Shown here: in pieces, positions 1 to 10,941 of the stretch
Position numbering within the stretch: the first letter of the stretch is position 1
Layout of the letters: each line of letters opens with the position of its first letter
IMG/VR virus record: IMGVR_UViG_2061766007_000275
Strand: one strand, 5' to 3'
DNA from: an uncultured virus (IMG/VR IMGVR_UViG_2061766007_000275)
Taxonomy: Duplodnaviria > Heunggongvirae > Uroviricota > Caudoviricetes
Length of the DNA: 33,741 nt
Program-made: the position numbers and the translations under genes
Notes under the pieces: model-generated
Database searches by the model: none
What the model was told of the DNA's origin: nothing
The model's input: only the letters and a program-made list of their open reading frames with translations

Positions 1-1314
1 CCCAGTGTTAACTTCACATGATAGCTGGGTATCCCCGCTATCTTTGTAAAATACAGTTCCGTTTAATGACTCAATATTGATAACATAACCACTAGCTCTA
101 TTTTCAACTGTAATTGAATTATCGAGAATTAAATCATTATAAATAGCTATACATCTATAAGTCTGTTGTCGTGCAGCTACTTGACTTACTTGAATATCTA
201 AAATATTAGTAGCACTATTCCAAACTTTTTTACCATTATCATTATATGAACTATTTAAACATTTCCAACCTTGTGTATCTATTGAAGGTAAAGAACATAA
301 ATCATCTTCATATAATGAGCCTCTATAAACTCTAGCATCTTGTTTAAACCAATAATATTTAATACCATCATCATTTATTATCACACCATCTAATCTAATT
401 TTAGCTAATAAAGAAATTAAATTTGGTGTAGGTTGTCCATACTGATTGGCGAAAAATATTGAACCATTCGGCGTTTCAAATGAGAGATATCCGCCGACCA
501 TCTGGCTTTCCGCAAGTTCTTTTTGTGCGGTAATGCTAAAATTCTTCATCCATACATCAATAGGTGGATTAGCTTTAGTAGAATAATTTTCTACAAAAGC
601 ATCTATTGATATAATCTCACCAAAATGCTCTACATCTAGTGGTAAAATAATAGATTGTGTGATATAATTCTCATATAGATTAGGATTACCTAACATATCA
701 GTAGATTTTAAAATATAGGTTCTAGCTTGTGTAGAATTAGGAATACTAACAACAATTCTAAAACCATATTCTCCTAATGTTTGTCGATTATCAATATTAC
801 TTTTAACATCAACTTGTAATTTAATATGAGAATTTTGTTTTATATATTCTTCTACTTTTGTAGTATTTAATTCTAATAAATTGTATAATGGATAATATTT
901 AGTTCCTTCCCACGTTGACATTTCTACTTCAATAGAAGGATTATCTAAAACATTATCTCCAATAGCATCATAATAATTTCTTTGTGTAATATTGCTGGCG
1001 TAATTTTCACCAAGCTTTTCTACTGTGCCAATAATAGTCTTAATAGCATCCCAATCATTCCCAGGTATCAATATATATACAAGAGTATCTTCAGTATAAG
1101 TTACATCAGGTTGCGGGCTGTACGCTAAAAATTTACTATCTTGATATTTACATTGATATTCACCTTTTGCGGAATTAGTGCAAGATATTATTGTAGCTTG
1201 AATAGTTTTATCAAATTTAGCTTTAGCTATATAGCGATCTACTATAATTTCAACAGCATCTAATACTGAATTAGCAAAATCACTTGATGAATGATTTAAC
1301 ATACTATCTTCCAT
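1..1314 (-). CDS. Putative tail/baseplate protein downstream of the tape measure (partial, runs off the window)
   Basis: ATG at 1314 follows the RBS AAGGAG(AGG). Reads MEDSMLNHSSSDFANSVLDAVEIIVDRYIAKAKFDKTIQATIISC... It is absent from the ORF track, consistent with no stop before base 1. Product inferred from position after the TMP. Confidence 0.6.
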   Translation of the reverse strand, partial: MEDSMLNHSSSDFANSVLDAVEIIVDRYIAKAKFDKTIQATIISCTNSAKGEYQCKYQDSKFLAYSPQPDVTYTEDTLVYILIPGNDWDAIKTIIGTVEKLGENYASNITQRNYYDAIGDNVLDNPSIEVEMSTWEGTKYYPLYNLLELNTTKVEEYIKQNSHIKLQVDVKSNIDNRQTLGEYGFRIVVSIPNSTQARTYILKSTDMLGNPNLYENYITQSIILPLDVEHFGEIISIDAFVENYSTKANPPIDVWMKNFSITAQKELAESQMVGGYLSFETPNGSIFFANQYGQPTPNLISLLAKIRLDGVIINDDGIKYYWFKQDARVYRGSLYEDDLCSLPSIDTQGWKCLNSSYNDNGKKVWNSATNILDIQVSQVAARQQTYRCIAIYNDLILDNSITVENRASGYVINIESLNGTVFYKDSGDTQLSCEVNTG

Positions 1315-1338
1315 TATTCCTCTCCTTTTCTTTCTTTT

Positions 1339-1367
1339 ATTATAAACTAATTTTTTTATAAAGTCAA
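1339..1367 (-). promoter_or_regulatory. sigmaA-type promoter TTGACT-17-TATAAT
   Basis: -35 at 1367-1362, -10 at 1344-1339, 17-nt spacer; lies upstream of the partial tail gene. Confidence 0.75.
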
Positions 1368-1393
1368 GAAGGTGCGCGAGGCACCTTCCTGAC
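1363..1393 (-). terminator. Hairpin/terminator after the tape measure gene
   Basis: GTCAGGAAGGTGC-loop-GCACCTTCTTGAC followed by TTTAT, just after the TGA; overlaps the -35 of the next promoter. Confidence 0.6.
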
Positions 1394-1400
1394 ATTTATA

Positions 1401-4400
1401 TCAATATTTTTTAGTAAAGGCTCTTTGAGATGCCATATTAACTAAGCTATCAAAGGCAGCTTTGATTTCATCACGATCGGTTGCATCAGGGAAGTCTGCA
1501 TTAATTGTGATATTTTGATTAAGTGGTGCGGCCTGACCATCTGGAGCCATACCACCATTATTTAACCTTTGTTGCATAGCGAAGAATGTATCAAACATAT
1601 TTGACTCTAATCTACCTACATCTATTTGTCTTATCATATCTACCATCTGTAACATATTCTTGGTATCATCTTTGTTTAGGACTAGTTCTTTCTCATGGAG
1701 CATAGCTAATTTTCCCTGATCGCCCCATGCGCCGGTATATCCACCTGTGTCAAAAGCTGTTTTATTCCTATAATCAGCAACTGACCAACTATCTCCCTGA
1801 ATATTTAAACTAACTATATTTTTAATATGTTTATCATTTTTTATTTCATCTAAAGAACGTTCTTTTAATTCAAAATCTATTCCTTGTTCTCTAAATGTAT
1901 CAACTTGAAAATACTTTTCTGCAACTTTTAAATCTTTTGTTGCAACAGCGTCTTCAAAAAGAGGCATACCAGATCTTCTATCTATCATAATAAAATATTT
2001 ATTACCAGAAGATTTTATATTGTTGCCTTTAAACTTATCTCCATCTCCAGTGTCTTCATCATTAGGTATCCCATCACCACGAGTAGGATTTCCATTGTTG
2101 CCAGAAGGAATATTAACTTCAGGTGCATAGCTCCATTTCTTTTTATTATACTCATCTAATAAACTAAACAACCCTTTAGCTTTAGTAGTTGCAGTATCGA
2201 AAGCAGTTCCTAACTCACCAACTTTTTCAGTTAAAGTGATAAAATTGCCTGATATTGTATTGAGATTATCTCTTAAATTCTCAGGATTAACTAATTTTAT
2301 TAAAGAATTATATGCAGCATCTGCATGACCTGTTAATCCTTTTTCTCCATCTTTTTTGCCTAAAGCTTTAGCTAAGTTTTTAATTTCTTTAGTTACATTT
2401 TGTATATTGGTTAAATCAATGCCAGTTTCACACTGTATTTTAAAATTGTTAACTGCATTAGAAGCTTCACCATATAACTCTATAACACCTTGTAATGTAG
2501 TTTCTTCATCTAAGTCAGTTTTAAACTTTTCTACATCTTTTATAAACTGATCTTGATATTCTTTGCAATCATCAAAACAAGTTTTAACGCCATCTGCTAC
2601 ACTGCTATTCCCATCTTTAGTCGGAATAAATTTATTAATAACATCTGTAATAGGTTTCTGTAGCCCCATGACTAATTCATCAATAGCTTCAGGTCCTTTC
2701 TGGACAAGAGTCTCAAATGAATTCATTAACCCCGGGGTTGCATTTGGATCATTTAGTATTTCATCAACATCCTCACTAACGTTACGTGCGGCAACTGCAT
2801 ATTCTTTTGTTGCTACAGATATTAAACCATTATCTTTGTCAAAATATTTCTTTTGTAATTCTTCTAACTTCTTATTCATAGCTTCTTGGTCGTTAATATA
2901 TTGAGGATCATTTAAAATAGCCTGTCTTTCTTCAGCAAATTCTTTATATAAATCCAAAGTTTCTTTGACCATTTCATTTGTTCTATCTTTATCCATATTA
3001 TAAAGATTATTTTTAGCTATGTCCACTTCTCCTTGAGCTTTATCAATTTCTTCTTGATTAGCAACATACTGATAAGTATAATTACCTTGACTATCTCTAC
3101 GAAGACGGAGGTTAGTTTTATTTTCTCTAGCTTCTTCTAAAGCAATTTGTTTTAATGTTAAATCATATTTTGCATTAGCTCTATCTAAGTCATATTGAGT
3201 TAATTTATCTTTCTCTCTCAACATCGCTAATTCTTCTTGCATAATTTTGTTAATCTTTTCACGAGCCTTTGTATTACCAATTTCTTTATTATATGCTTGA
3301 ATATATTTATTTCTTAATTGTTCAACATTAAATTCAGCATTAATAGTATCAAGATATTGATCAGCTTGTTTATTTAACAATTCCCATTGACTAATATATT
3401 CATCAATAGAATAACCATTAAATATACCCATATCAAGTTCAGACATTAACCTATCCATTTGCATCTTATATTCATTCATTCTAGCTTCAACTAAACTTTC
3501 AGTTAAATCATTTAGTTGTTGAATATTTTCTGACCAGATATTATAAGCTTCTTGAGCAACTTCTTTATCGCCACTATCAACAGCCTTCAGATAATCTTGA
3601 TAAGACTCTTTTGCAATTCGATTAGCTTCAACAGCTTGACTATATAAATTACCCGTTTTTTGTGTAGCTATATTTTCATGTACTACTCTAGCTTGTAATG
3701 AATCATCGCCATATAAAAGACTTGTAAGTTTATCCGCATGATCAAACATACCATTTGTCATATTATAATGTTCCATTACAGTCTTATTCCAATTTTGCAT
3801 TTCTTGAAGTGCATTTATATAAGCCTTACGAGCATCATCAACTGTAGATTTTATATCATCAAAAGCTCCTTGAATATCATCAGTCATTTTTTCTAGCTTT
3901 TCTATTAGTTTAGGGATTGCAGTTCTATCATAACTTTCGCCTTCCCACTCTCTAATTTCACCGACGCCCGCACTCTTTAAGAACATTATTACATCTGCTA
4001 AACTAGTTGCACTATTAGTTAATGCTGTCATAGATTGAGCACTTGTTTTAACAACCTGACGACTAGCTTTGCCAGTTGTTACTGCATCAATAGCAGTTTG
4101 ATCAGGATTAAGAACTAAGTCAACATTCCAAGCACCCATGTTCTTTTGGAATTCAAGAATTTGTTTTTTAACTTTAGATAAATCAACCATAGCTTCAATG
4201 CGGAGATCAGCTGTTTTTAACTTAATCTCTAATTGTTTAATTAAATTATCATATAGCTGTTCTTCTAATTGACGCCTATCATCTAAATATTTTTCATATT
4301 CAGATATATCTTGTTTTAAGTCATCTAATTCTTTTTTAACTTTATTATAGTGTTCTTCATCTACTTCTGAACGAGATTTATTAAATTGCTGTCTAGCTTT

Positions 4401-7400
4401 TTCTAATTCAGCTTCTTTCTTACGGATAACTTCATAATAATTTTCAATCTCGCCAGTATCTTTATTAAATTCAACTCCATATGCGGAAAGCCCTTTAGTG
4501 CCATCATCATTAACTTTTTGTGCTCTAAGGGTTGCTGCTTCATCTACAGCAATTTGAGCTCTTTCTTTTAATGCTTTGTTTTGTTCTTTTAATATACTTA
4601 ATTGATTTTTTAAGTTCTTTTCAAGTTTCTTACCTGTTAAGAATTCACTTTGTTTCTCTAATATAGCAGTAGTATGAGTTATTTCTTTTAATACTATATC
4701 TATATCATGATATACATCTAAAACAGATCTTGCTGCATCTATAGGTTTCTTTGTTGAACCAGACTTCTTACTATGGTCAGTACCTAAAGTTTTCATTGCT
4801 TCCTGTACTCCATATAGCGAAGCCCGCAATATACTTAATAATAAAACCTGTTCTTCTATTTCTTGATTTACTTCTTCCCATTCCGCATCTGTTTCAGTAT
4901 ATTGAAGCGCTCTTTGTTGTGCGGCTTCTAATTGAGCTTCTGTTGCTGCAATTTGTTGTTGTAATTGTTCAAATTGACGTTGAGCCATATCTGAAATACC
5001 AGCTTCATCAATTTGTAAACTACCATCTTGATTAACCTTCTGAATATATAATTCAGAATTTTTACAATTTTGTTGGAAAGTTTTAGCATCTTCTGCAGCA
5101 ACCTTCCACCCATCACCAACTGTTAATAAAGCTTCTTTAAGTTTATCAGATTGATTTACAACATGATATACTTCATTTTCTTGACGAGTTAAAGTATCAG
5201 TTAAGCCTTCTACAACTTTATCAGTATTCTCTATACCAGCTTTCCACTCTTCTAAAACTTTTAAATCATTTTGTAATTGAGCTTTTAAGGTATTATTAGT
5301 TACTTTATCTATTGCTTTTTGATATTTTTCGATAGCTTTTGTAATATTTTCTATACTACTATCTGCTGCTAATTCTTGTTTCATAGAATTTGCCATATCT
5401 TTAGCTTGACGATTAACATTACTTGAATATAAAACTTCATTATGTTCTGAATAAGAATAATTATGTAATCCACTTAAACTTTCATTTCTTAAATTGCTTT
5501 GTCTATCTTTTAAATAGCTATTAGTATCTTTTAATCTATCATCTAAAGCTTTTTTAGCTTCATTAATAGCATCAGATATTAATTCCCATTTACCAGACTC
5601 TAAAGCTTCTGTAAGTTTATCTCCTAATTCTCCTAACCCTTCAAATTCAAGCCAATTTAAAATAGCATCTAAAGTTTCATCATCTATTTTTTTATCTTCA
5701 TACCATTGACGCTCTAAACTATTAAAAGCTTGATATCCAGCTAAAGTCTGTTCCATTTCAAATTGAATAGCAACAGATAATGAATAATCTTTATTAAGAG
5801 CTTCTGTAATAGCTTTTTCAAAAACTTCACGAACATCTTTGTCTAAAATATCTAAAGGTAAATCAGCAAAAATATCACCTTTTTCAATACCTTCTTTTAT
5901 TTTTTTACCTGTTTTTACAGATAAATTATTTAAGAATGAAAAATCTGTTTCTCCAGATAGGGCTTTAGTTAAAGCATCTCCTAATCCTTCTGTATCATAT
6001 TCTTCACCAATTTTTTGTGCAGCTTTATCTATTTTTTGAATTTGTTCTATTGTTTTATTACCAACTTCATCCATATAAGTTTCAAAAGCTTCTTCAAGTA
6101 TTTCATTAGCAGCTTGCTGAGTGAAATGTTTAAGATTTTTTTTGACTTCTTCGCCATTTTCATCTTCAAAATAAACTTTATTATCTTTTATACCCTTATA
6201 TTCTAAATCATTTTCATTGGCATATGCTTCAATAAATTTTTCTACTTTTTCATATCTAGCATCCGCAGTATTATAATTTTGTTGATTTATAAAATCTATA
6301 TAATCATCTAATTGTGGTGTATCAGCGTATAAAACAGATGCTATTGTTTGTTGAACTACTGCAGATTGATCATGATATTCTCCATAGTCACCTTGCTCTA
6401 ATAAATTTCTATGAATTTCTTGCTTCCTAAAGGTATTTGCTTCTATTAAATCATCTTGCTTTGTAATAATAGTATTAACCTTATCTACTAATTCATTAGA
6501 AATTTCTAAATTTTCTTTATTTTCTATGTTTAAAGCATTTGCAAAAGCATCTATTAATTCAGCTTTAGTCATTGGCTTATTTGCATTTTTAATAACTTCT
6601 TGTAAATCACCTATTCTATCATTTAAATTAATACCAAAACCGTCTGCATCTCTTAAATATGGAACTGTATTAGATTTAGATATTCCAAAACCTATTTCTT
6701 TTTGTAACAAATCTCGTGTGTCTTTTTGATATTGTAAATTTGCCTGACTGATTTCTGACCAATAAGCATTTCTTTGAGATTGTAAATAAGTATTTTTAGC
6801 TTCTAATTCAACATCTTCTTGACTATATTCAGATTTTAAAACTAATCTACCTTCTGTATCTCTTCTAAAATATTTAGCTAATTCATTATTATTTTTAATT
6901 AATTCTAATATAGCTTCATTAGATTCTTGTAATGCTTTATTATAATCTTCAGTGCTAACTTTAGCATCTTCCATTGTTTTTGTTGCTTCTTCAAATTTAT
7001 TAAAAGTAGCAATAATAGAATCATAAGTAGACTTTAATTCTTCGGTTACTTCTTTAAATTCTCTTGCATTTTCTTCAGCTTCTTTTAAAGCTTCAGCTAA
7101 TTCATCAACAGGATCTCTAGTTAATAGATATATAACTGCAACAAGAGCCCCAACAGCAGCAGTAATTGCTATTAAGACAGGGAAAGCAGCTGTTAATGCA
7201 GCACCAAACCCTTTAGTAGCTATTTCTGCGCCTTTCATTCCAGTTGCTAATGAAATTATACCTGTTTTCATAGCTGTTATAGAACTAATTACCATAGGAG
7301 CCATCATAGCGAACTGCAATAAAATTTCATGCGGTTTCATTTTCTTTATATTACTAAAAGCATTCTTTACCATATTAATCGACATAGCAACTTGCCCCAT

Positions 7401-10235
7401 TGCGGCAACTACCTTAGTCGCGCCTTGTATCGTTTGCTGTCTATTAATTTGACTTTCTAAATTAGCTTTTTTATGTAATTCAGCTTCAGTTTTTACTTGT
7501 TGACCTATTTTAACCAAATCTTGACCTTCAGCTTCAAGATTTTTTAATTCAGCTTCAAAATCTACTGATGCATTAGTTAATGATTTCATCCAAGTTTGTT
7601 GTGCATCATTAATGTCTTGAATTGTCCTTCTAACATCTTCTGCATCCATATCACTAACTACATTTTTATCAGTTAATTGATTTAATAAACCATCTAATTC
7701 ATTCTTTTGTTCATTTATTGTCTGTTGTACTTCTTCTGGTAATCTATTTTTAAATTGTTCATATTGTTGTGCTATTGTATTAACTTTAACTTGAGTATTA
7801 TGTACTCCTTCTGTAATAGAATTAACTAATCTTTCTTTTGTGGTAACTGCTTCTTCTCCGTATTCACTTAATCTATCATTAAGCTTATCTCTACCTTGTT
7901 GTAAGCTATCCAATATATTATTAAGAATAGGTTTCTTTGTACTATGTTTATTATCATTTAAATATGTATTAATTTCTGTTTCTAATTCATTAACTCTTGT
8001 TATAATTTGTTGACTAGTCATTGTTTCTATATTAGATTGTAAATCTAATACAGCAGTACCTATATTTTTTAAAGCTCCATTGGAACTATTTTCTAAATTT
8101 CCTGTATCAGCTAATCTAAAAGTAGCAAAATCTGAACCAGCACCAGGATTTGCAGTCTCAACCCCATTAAAGATATCTCTTAAACGTGCTGATGACATTG
8201 TTTGATTAATTTTCATATTTTGACCATTTGTTTTAATAGTTTCATTTAAATTATTTAATGCTACTTGTGCTTCTTCAATTAAATGATTTTCTTCCTTAAT
8301 TGTAGAACTTGCAGCCTTGCTACTTTGTAACATTCTACTTGCTTTTGTTGCATATGCTTCTTCAAGAGTTGCTACATCAGCAGCTTCATCTCTAATACCT
8401 TCAAGAATAGCTTTTTCTTGCTTTATTTGCTCTTTTTGAGATTCAGATAATGTTTTATAATGTGTATAATAAAGTTGATCTAAACCATGTACTTGAGCAC
8501 TTATTTGTTTTTGTAGTTCTAATTCTTGTAATTGCTGTTCTTTATTTGCACCTTTTAAATCAGTATTAATATGTTCTGCACTTCTACCATAAAATTCTTC
8601 ATACCATTGTTTAGATTGTTGAGTATTATTTAAACCAACTTGAGCAATTTCTTTTTGTTGTTTACTTCTCTCAAAGACAGTCAACATATTTGTAATACCC
8701 TGACTAATTTTTGGAGCAAAAGCAGTCGTTAGAGCAGAACCAATAGCCATAATAACATTTTTAATACCACCAAAACCTTTAATAATATCATCTACTGTTT
8801 TAACGACACCTGTTAAGCTATCAAACATATCTTTAACAGCATCAGCATCAAATATAGTTTGATATAAATTTTCAGCTTCCGCGGTTAACTGTTTTATATG
8901 AGCCTCAATAGAGTCCATATATATATCTTGTTGTTTCTGTAAAGTACCTTCCGCATTTTGAGAAGTTTTTAAAGCAGCTTGATATTTATCCCAGTTTTCA
9001 AACAATGCAGTTAAGTTAGAATACTGTCTAGTACCACCCATTGCTTGAGCAAGTCCAACTTGCGCTTCACGACTAAATGTATTCCATTTATTACCAATTT
9101 CTTCAATAACATCGCCCATATCACGAAGCTTGCCATTAGAGTCTAAAACACTAATACCAAACTCATTCATTTTAGCAGTATATGATTTTAATGTAGCGCC
9201 ATCTTCTTCATCAATACCACCAGCTTGAATAGTTGACATACGAGCATATACTGTTTTAAATGCTGCACCAATAGTTTCAGGAGCCTGTCTAGTAACAGAT
9301 ATAACAGTTGATAATTGAGCATTTAATTGGTCAATATCAACACCCATCATATTTGCGGCAGATGCAACTTTAGACATACCAGTTGATAATTCTTCTAGAT
9401 TTGATGCTGTACTAGCTGCAACAGCAGATAACTTATCTACATATTTTTCAGTTTCAGCTGCACTAACTTTATAACCATTCCAAACCGCAGTTAACTGTTC
9501 TGAAACTTCTGAAGTAGATTGACCGGTAACATTTGCCGCCTTTAATGTAGTTTCCGCACGTGCGGCAACCTCTTTATCTCCAAGACCTTGCTGATAGTAA
9601 ATTAAACTGGCTTTAGTATAATCAGTTGTAGTTTTACCTAATGCTTGAGCAGCTTTAGTTGCTTGTAAAGCAAATCTTTCCATTTCATCAGCATTTTTAC
9701 TTGTTACTATTCTAATATCATTTAATGAAGTATCCAAGTCTTTTGTAAAATAATATGCTTTTTGAATTGAACCAGTTACAGTTTGTAATGCTTTAGTTGC
9801 AATAGACCAACGAATAGTATTACTTAAAGTTGTTAACATTTTATCTGCCCAACCACTCGCAGATTTTAATTTATCATTAGTTTGAGTTAAAGATCTTTGT
9901 AAGCTATTAAATGCTTTATAACCCGCTGGTCCAACTTTAGCTAAATTTTGTAAAAATCCACTCATTACATTTGGACTTATTAGTTGATTGAATTTAGACA
10001 TATCAATTTGACCTATAGCAGTGTTAAAAGAATTTCCCATAGCTTGAGAAATTTGAGTTGCTTGAGCTTGTAAGTCCTTTAGTTGCTTTTCACTAAAACT
10101 AGGTGATACTACATTTTTAGTAGTTAATTTACCAATATCACTTAAAGCTTTTTGCATTTGCTTTAATTGCGATATGCCTTTAGAAGTATCAAAATTAATA
10201 CCAAAAGTCATATCACCCATATAATTTCCAGCCAT
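1401..10235 (-). CDS. Tail tape measure protein (2944 aa)
   Basis: Very long helical protein with a TP901-type TMP core near the N-terminus (LDTSLNDIRIVT...YVDKLSAVAASTAS...IGAAFKTVYARM), hydrophobic segments around aa 950-1045, and a typical C-terminal FDTGGYTG...AMLHEKELVLN motif. RBS AAGGAGG. Confidence 0.93.
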   Translation of the reverse strand: MAGNYMGDMTFGINFDTSKGISQLKQMQKALSDIGKLTTKNVVSPSFSEKQLKDLQAQATQISQAMGNSFNTAIGQIDMSKFNQLISPNVMSGFLQNLAKVGPAGYKAFNSLQRSLTQTNDKLKSASGWADKMLTTLSNTIRWSIATKALQTVTGSIQKAYYFTKDLDTSLNDIRIVTSKNADEMERFALQATKAAQALGKTTTDYTKASLIYYQQGLGDKEVAARAETTLKAANVTGQSTSEVSEQLTAVWNGYKVSAAETEKYVDKLSAVAASTASNLEELSTGMSKVASAANMMGVDIDQLNAQLSTVISVTRQAPETIGAAFKTVYARMSTIQAGGIDEEDGATLKSYTAKMNEFGISVLDSNGKLRDMGDVIEEIGNKWNTFSREAQVGLAQAMGGTRQYSNLTALFENWDKYQAALKTSQNAEGTLQKQQDIYMDSIEAHIKQLTAEAENLYQTIFDADAVKDMFDSLTGVVKTVDDIIKGFGGIKNVIMAIGSALTTAFAPKISQGITNMLTVFERSKQQKEIAQVGLNNTQQSKQWYEEFYGRSAEHINTDLKGANKEQQLQELELQKQISAQVHGLDQLYYTHYKTLSESQKEQIKQEKAILEGIRDEAADVATLEEAYATKASRMLQSSKAASSTIKEENHLIEEAQVALNNLNETIKTNGQNMKINQTMSSARLRDIFNGVETANPGAGSDFATFRLADTGNLENSSNGALKNIGTAVLDLQSNIETMTSQQIITRVNELETEINTYLNDNKHSTKKPILNNILDSLQQGRDKLNDRLSEYGEEAVTTKERLVNSITEGVHNTQVKVNTIAQQYEQFKNRLPEEVQQTINEQKNELDGLLNQLTDKNVVSDMDAEDVRRTIQDINDAQQTWMKSLTNASVDFEAELKNLEAEGQDLVKIGQQVKTEAELHKKANLESQINRQQTIQGATKVVAAMGQVAMSINMVKNAFSNIKKMKPHEILLQFAMMAPMVISSITAMKTGIISLATGMKGAEIATKGFGAALTAAFPVLIAITAAVGALVAVIYLLTRDPVDELAEALKEAEENAREFKEVTEELKSTYDSIIATFNKFEEATKTMEDAKVSTEDYNKALQESNEAILELIKNNNELAKYFRRDTEGRLVLKSEYSQEDVELEAKNTYLQSQRNAYWSEISQANLQYQKDTRDLLQKEIGFGISKSNTVPYLRDADGFGINLNDRIGDLQEVIKNANKPMTKAELIDAFANALNIENKENLEISNELVDKVNTIITKQDDLIEANTFRKQEIHRNLLEQGDYGEYHDQSAVVQQTIASVLYADTPQLDDYIDFINQQNYNTADARYEKVEKFIEAYANENDLEYKGIKDNKVYFEDENGEEVKKNLKHFTQQAANEILEEAFETYMDEVGNKTIEQIQKIDKAAQKIGEEYDTEGLGDALTKALSGETDFSFLNNLSVKTGKKIKEGIEKGDIFADLPLDILDKDVREVFEKAITEALNKDYSLSVAIQFEMEQTLAGYQAFNSLERQWYEDKKIDDETLDAILNWLEFEGLGELGDKLTEALESGKWELISDAINEAKKALDDRLKDTNSYLKDRQSNLRNESLSGLHNYSYSEHNEVLYSSNVNRQAKDMANSMKQELAADSSIENITKAIEKYQKAIDKVTNNTLKAQLQNDLKVLEEWKAGIENTDKVVEGLTDTLTRQENEVYHVVNQSDKLKEALLTVGDGWKVAAEDAKTFQQNCKNSELYIQKVNQDGSLQIDEAGISDMAQRQFEQLQQQIAATEAQLEAAQQRALQYTETDAEWEEVNQEIEEQVLLLSILRASLYGVQEAMKTLGTDHSKKSGSTKKPIDAARSVLDVYHDIDIVLKEITHTTAILEKQSEFLTGKKLEKNLKNQLSILKEQNKALKERAQIAVDEAATLRAQKVNDDGTKGLSAYGVEFNKDTGEIENYYEVIRKKEAELEKARQQFNKSRSEVDEEHYNKVKKELDDLKQDISEYEKYLDDRRQLEEQLYDNLIKQLEIKLKTADLRIEAMVDLSKVKKQILEFQKNMGAWNVDLVLNPDQTAIDAVTTGKASRQVVKTSAQSMTALTNSATSLADVIMFLKSAGVGEIREWEGESYDRTAIPKLIEKLEKMTDDIQGAFDDIKSTVDDARKAYINALQEMQNWNKTVMEHYNMTNGMFDHADKLTSLLYGDDSLQARVVHENIATQKTGNLYSQAVEANRIAKESYQDYLKAVDSGDKEVAQEAYNIWSENIQQLNDLTESLVEARMNEYKMQMDRLMSELDMGIFNGYSIDEYISQWELLNKQADQYLDTINAEFNVEQLRNKYIQAYNKEIGNTKAREKINKIMQEELAMLREKDKLTQYDLDRANAKYDLTLKQIALEEARENKTNLRLRRDSQGNYTYQYVANQEEIDKAQGEVDIAKNNLYNMDKDRTNEMVKETLDLYKEFAEERQAILNDPQYINDQEAMNKKLEELQKKYFDKDNGLISVATKEYAVAARNVSEDVDEILNDPNATPGLMNSFETLVQKGPEAIDELVMGLQKPITDVINKFIPTKDGNSSVADGVKTCFDDCKEYQDQFIKDVEKFKTDLDEETTLQGVIELYGEASNAVNNFKIQCETGIDLTNIQNVTKEIKNLAKALGKKDGEKGLTGHADAAYNSLIKLVNPENLRDNLNTISGNFITLTEKVGELGTAFDTATTKAKGLFSLLDEYNKKKWSYAPEVNIPSGNNGNPTRGDGIPNDEDTGDGDKFKGNNIKSSGNKYFIMIDRRSGMPLFEDAVATKDLKVAEKYFQVDTFREQGIDFELKERSLDEIKNDKHIKNIVSLNIQGDSWSVADYRNKTAFDTGGYTGAWGDQGKLAMLHEKELVLNKDDTKNMLQMVDMIRQIDVGRLESNMFDTFFAMQQRLNNGGMAPDGQAAPLNQNITINADFPDATDRDEIKAAFDSLVNMASQRAFTKKY

Positions 10236-10263
10236 TCCTTGTTCCTCCTTTTCTTATAAAAAT

Positions 10264-10319
10264 AAAAAAGCCTTTGCTTTTATAATCTAATTCTATATAG
10301 ATTAAAAAGCAAAGGCTTT
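10264..10319 (-). terminator. Long-stem intrinsic terminator between the 177-aa gene and the TMP
   Basis: AAAGCCTTTGCTTTT / AAAAGCAAAGGCTTT arms plus inner TAATCTA/TAGATTA, followed by a T-run on the minus strand. Confidence 0.75.
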
Positions 10320-10338
10320 AAATTATATTATTTTGTCC
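10293..10338 (-). promoter_or_regulatory. GGACAA...ATAG putative phage late promoter (copy upstream of TMP)
   Basis: GGACAAAATAATATAATTTAAAGCCTTTGCTTTTTAATCTATATAG; same 46-nt geometry as three other intergenic copies. Confidence 0.55.
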
Positions 10339-10343
10339 GAAGA

Positions 10344-10877
10344 TTATTCTGGCATTTTATTATTATTAACTGCTTTTGCAAAATTGATAACATTTTCATA
10401 CTTATCAGGATTAAAATTATCAACTATATCTCTAGCTTCTGCTGCACTTTTTGGAAATTCAGTAACCAAAGTAGTAATAGCATCTGCAAGACTACCTTTA
10501 TACTGAACTGCGGCAGCCTGCTTCTCAACTAAATAATTATATAATTCATCATATTCAGCTTTTGGAATAGCTTCTAAAATTTTATTAAGCAATCCTGAAC
10601 TTAATAATTCATCATATATTTTCCCAATTTCAGATTTTTCTTCCTCTGTAAATTCTAAATCAGTATAGCAAAATACTACATAAGTATTAAATACAAAATC
10701 CAAAACCATAGGATCATAATATCCATCTGCATGAATTGAATTCTGAAGTGATATATCTATTAAAGATAATTTTTCAGAAATTGGTAAATACTGCTTTACA
10801 TTAATAACAAAACCATTTTTAAATTTAATAGGTTTTATTTCGTTGTTAGTTGTTAAACCTAAATCACTATATTTCAT
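10344..10877 (-). CDS. Hypothetical protein, possible tail assembly chaperone (177 aa)
   Basis: RBS AAGGAG; acidic helical protein immediately upstream of the TMP. Function inferred from position only. Confidence 0.5.
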   Translation of the reverse strand: MKYSDLGLTTNNEIKPIKFKNGFVINVKQYLPISEKLSLIDISLQNSIHADGYYDPMVLDFVFNTYVVFCYTDLEFTEEEKSEIGKIYDELLSSGLLNKILEAIPKAEYDELYNYLVEKQAAAVQYKGSLADAITTLVTEFPKSAAEARDIVDNFNPDKYENVINFAKAVNNNKMPE

Positions 10878-10912
10878 AACCTTTTATCTCCTTTTTATTA
10901 TTTTCTATTTAT

Positions 10913-10941
10913 ATTATAAAATAATTTTTTTAAGTTGTCAA
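10913..10941 (-). promoter_or_regulatory. Perfect-consensus sigmaA promoter TTGACA-17-TATAAT
   Basis: -35 at 10941-10936, -10 at 10918-10913. Confidence 0.8.

Noticed and set aside
10236..10877. Programmed -1 frameshift tail chaperone (lambda G/GT type)
   Set aside because: No second ORF between the 177-aa gene and the TMP; the gap holds a terminator and a promoter motif.
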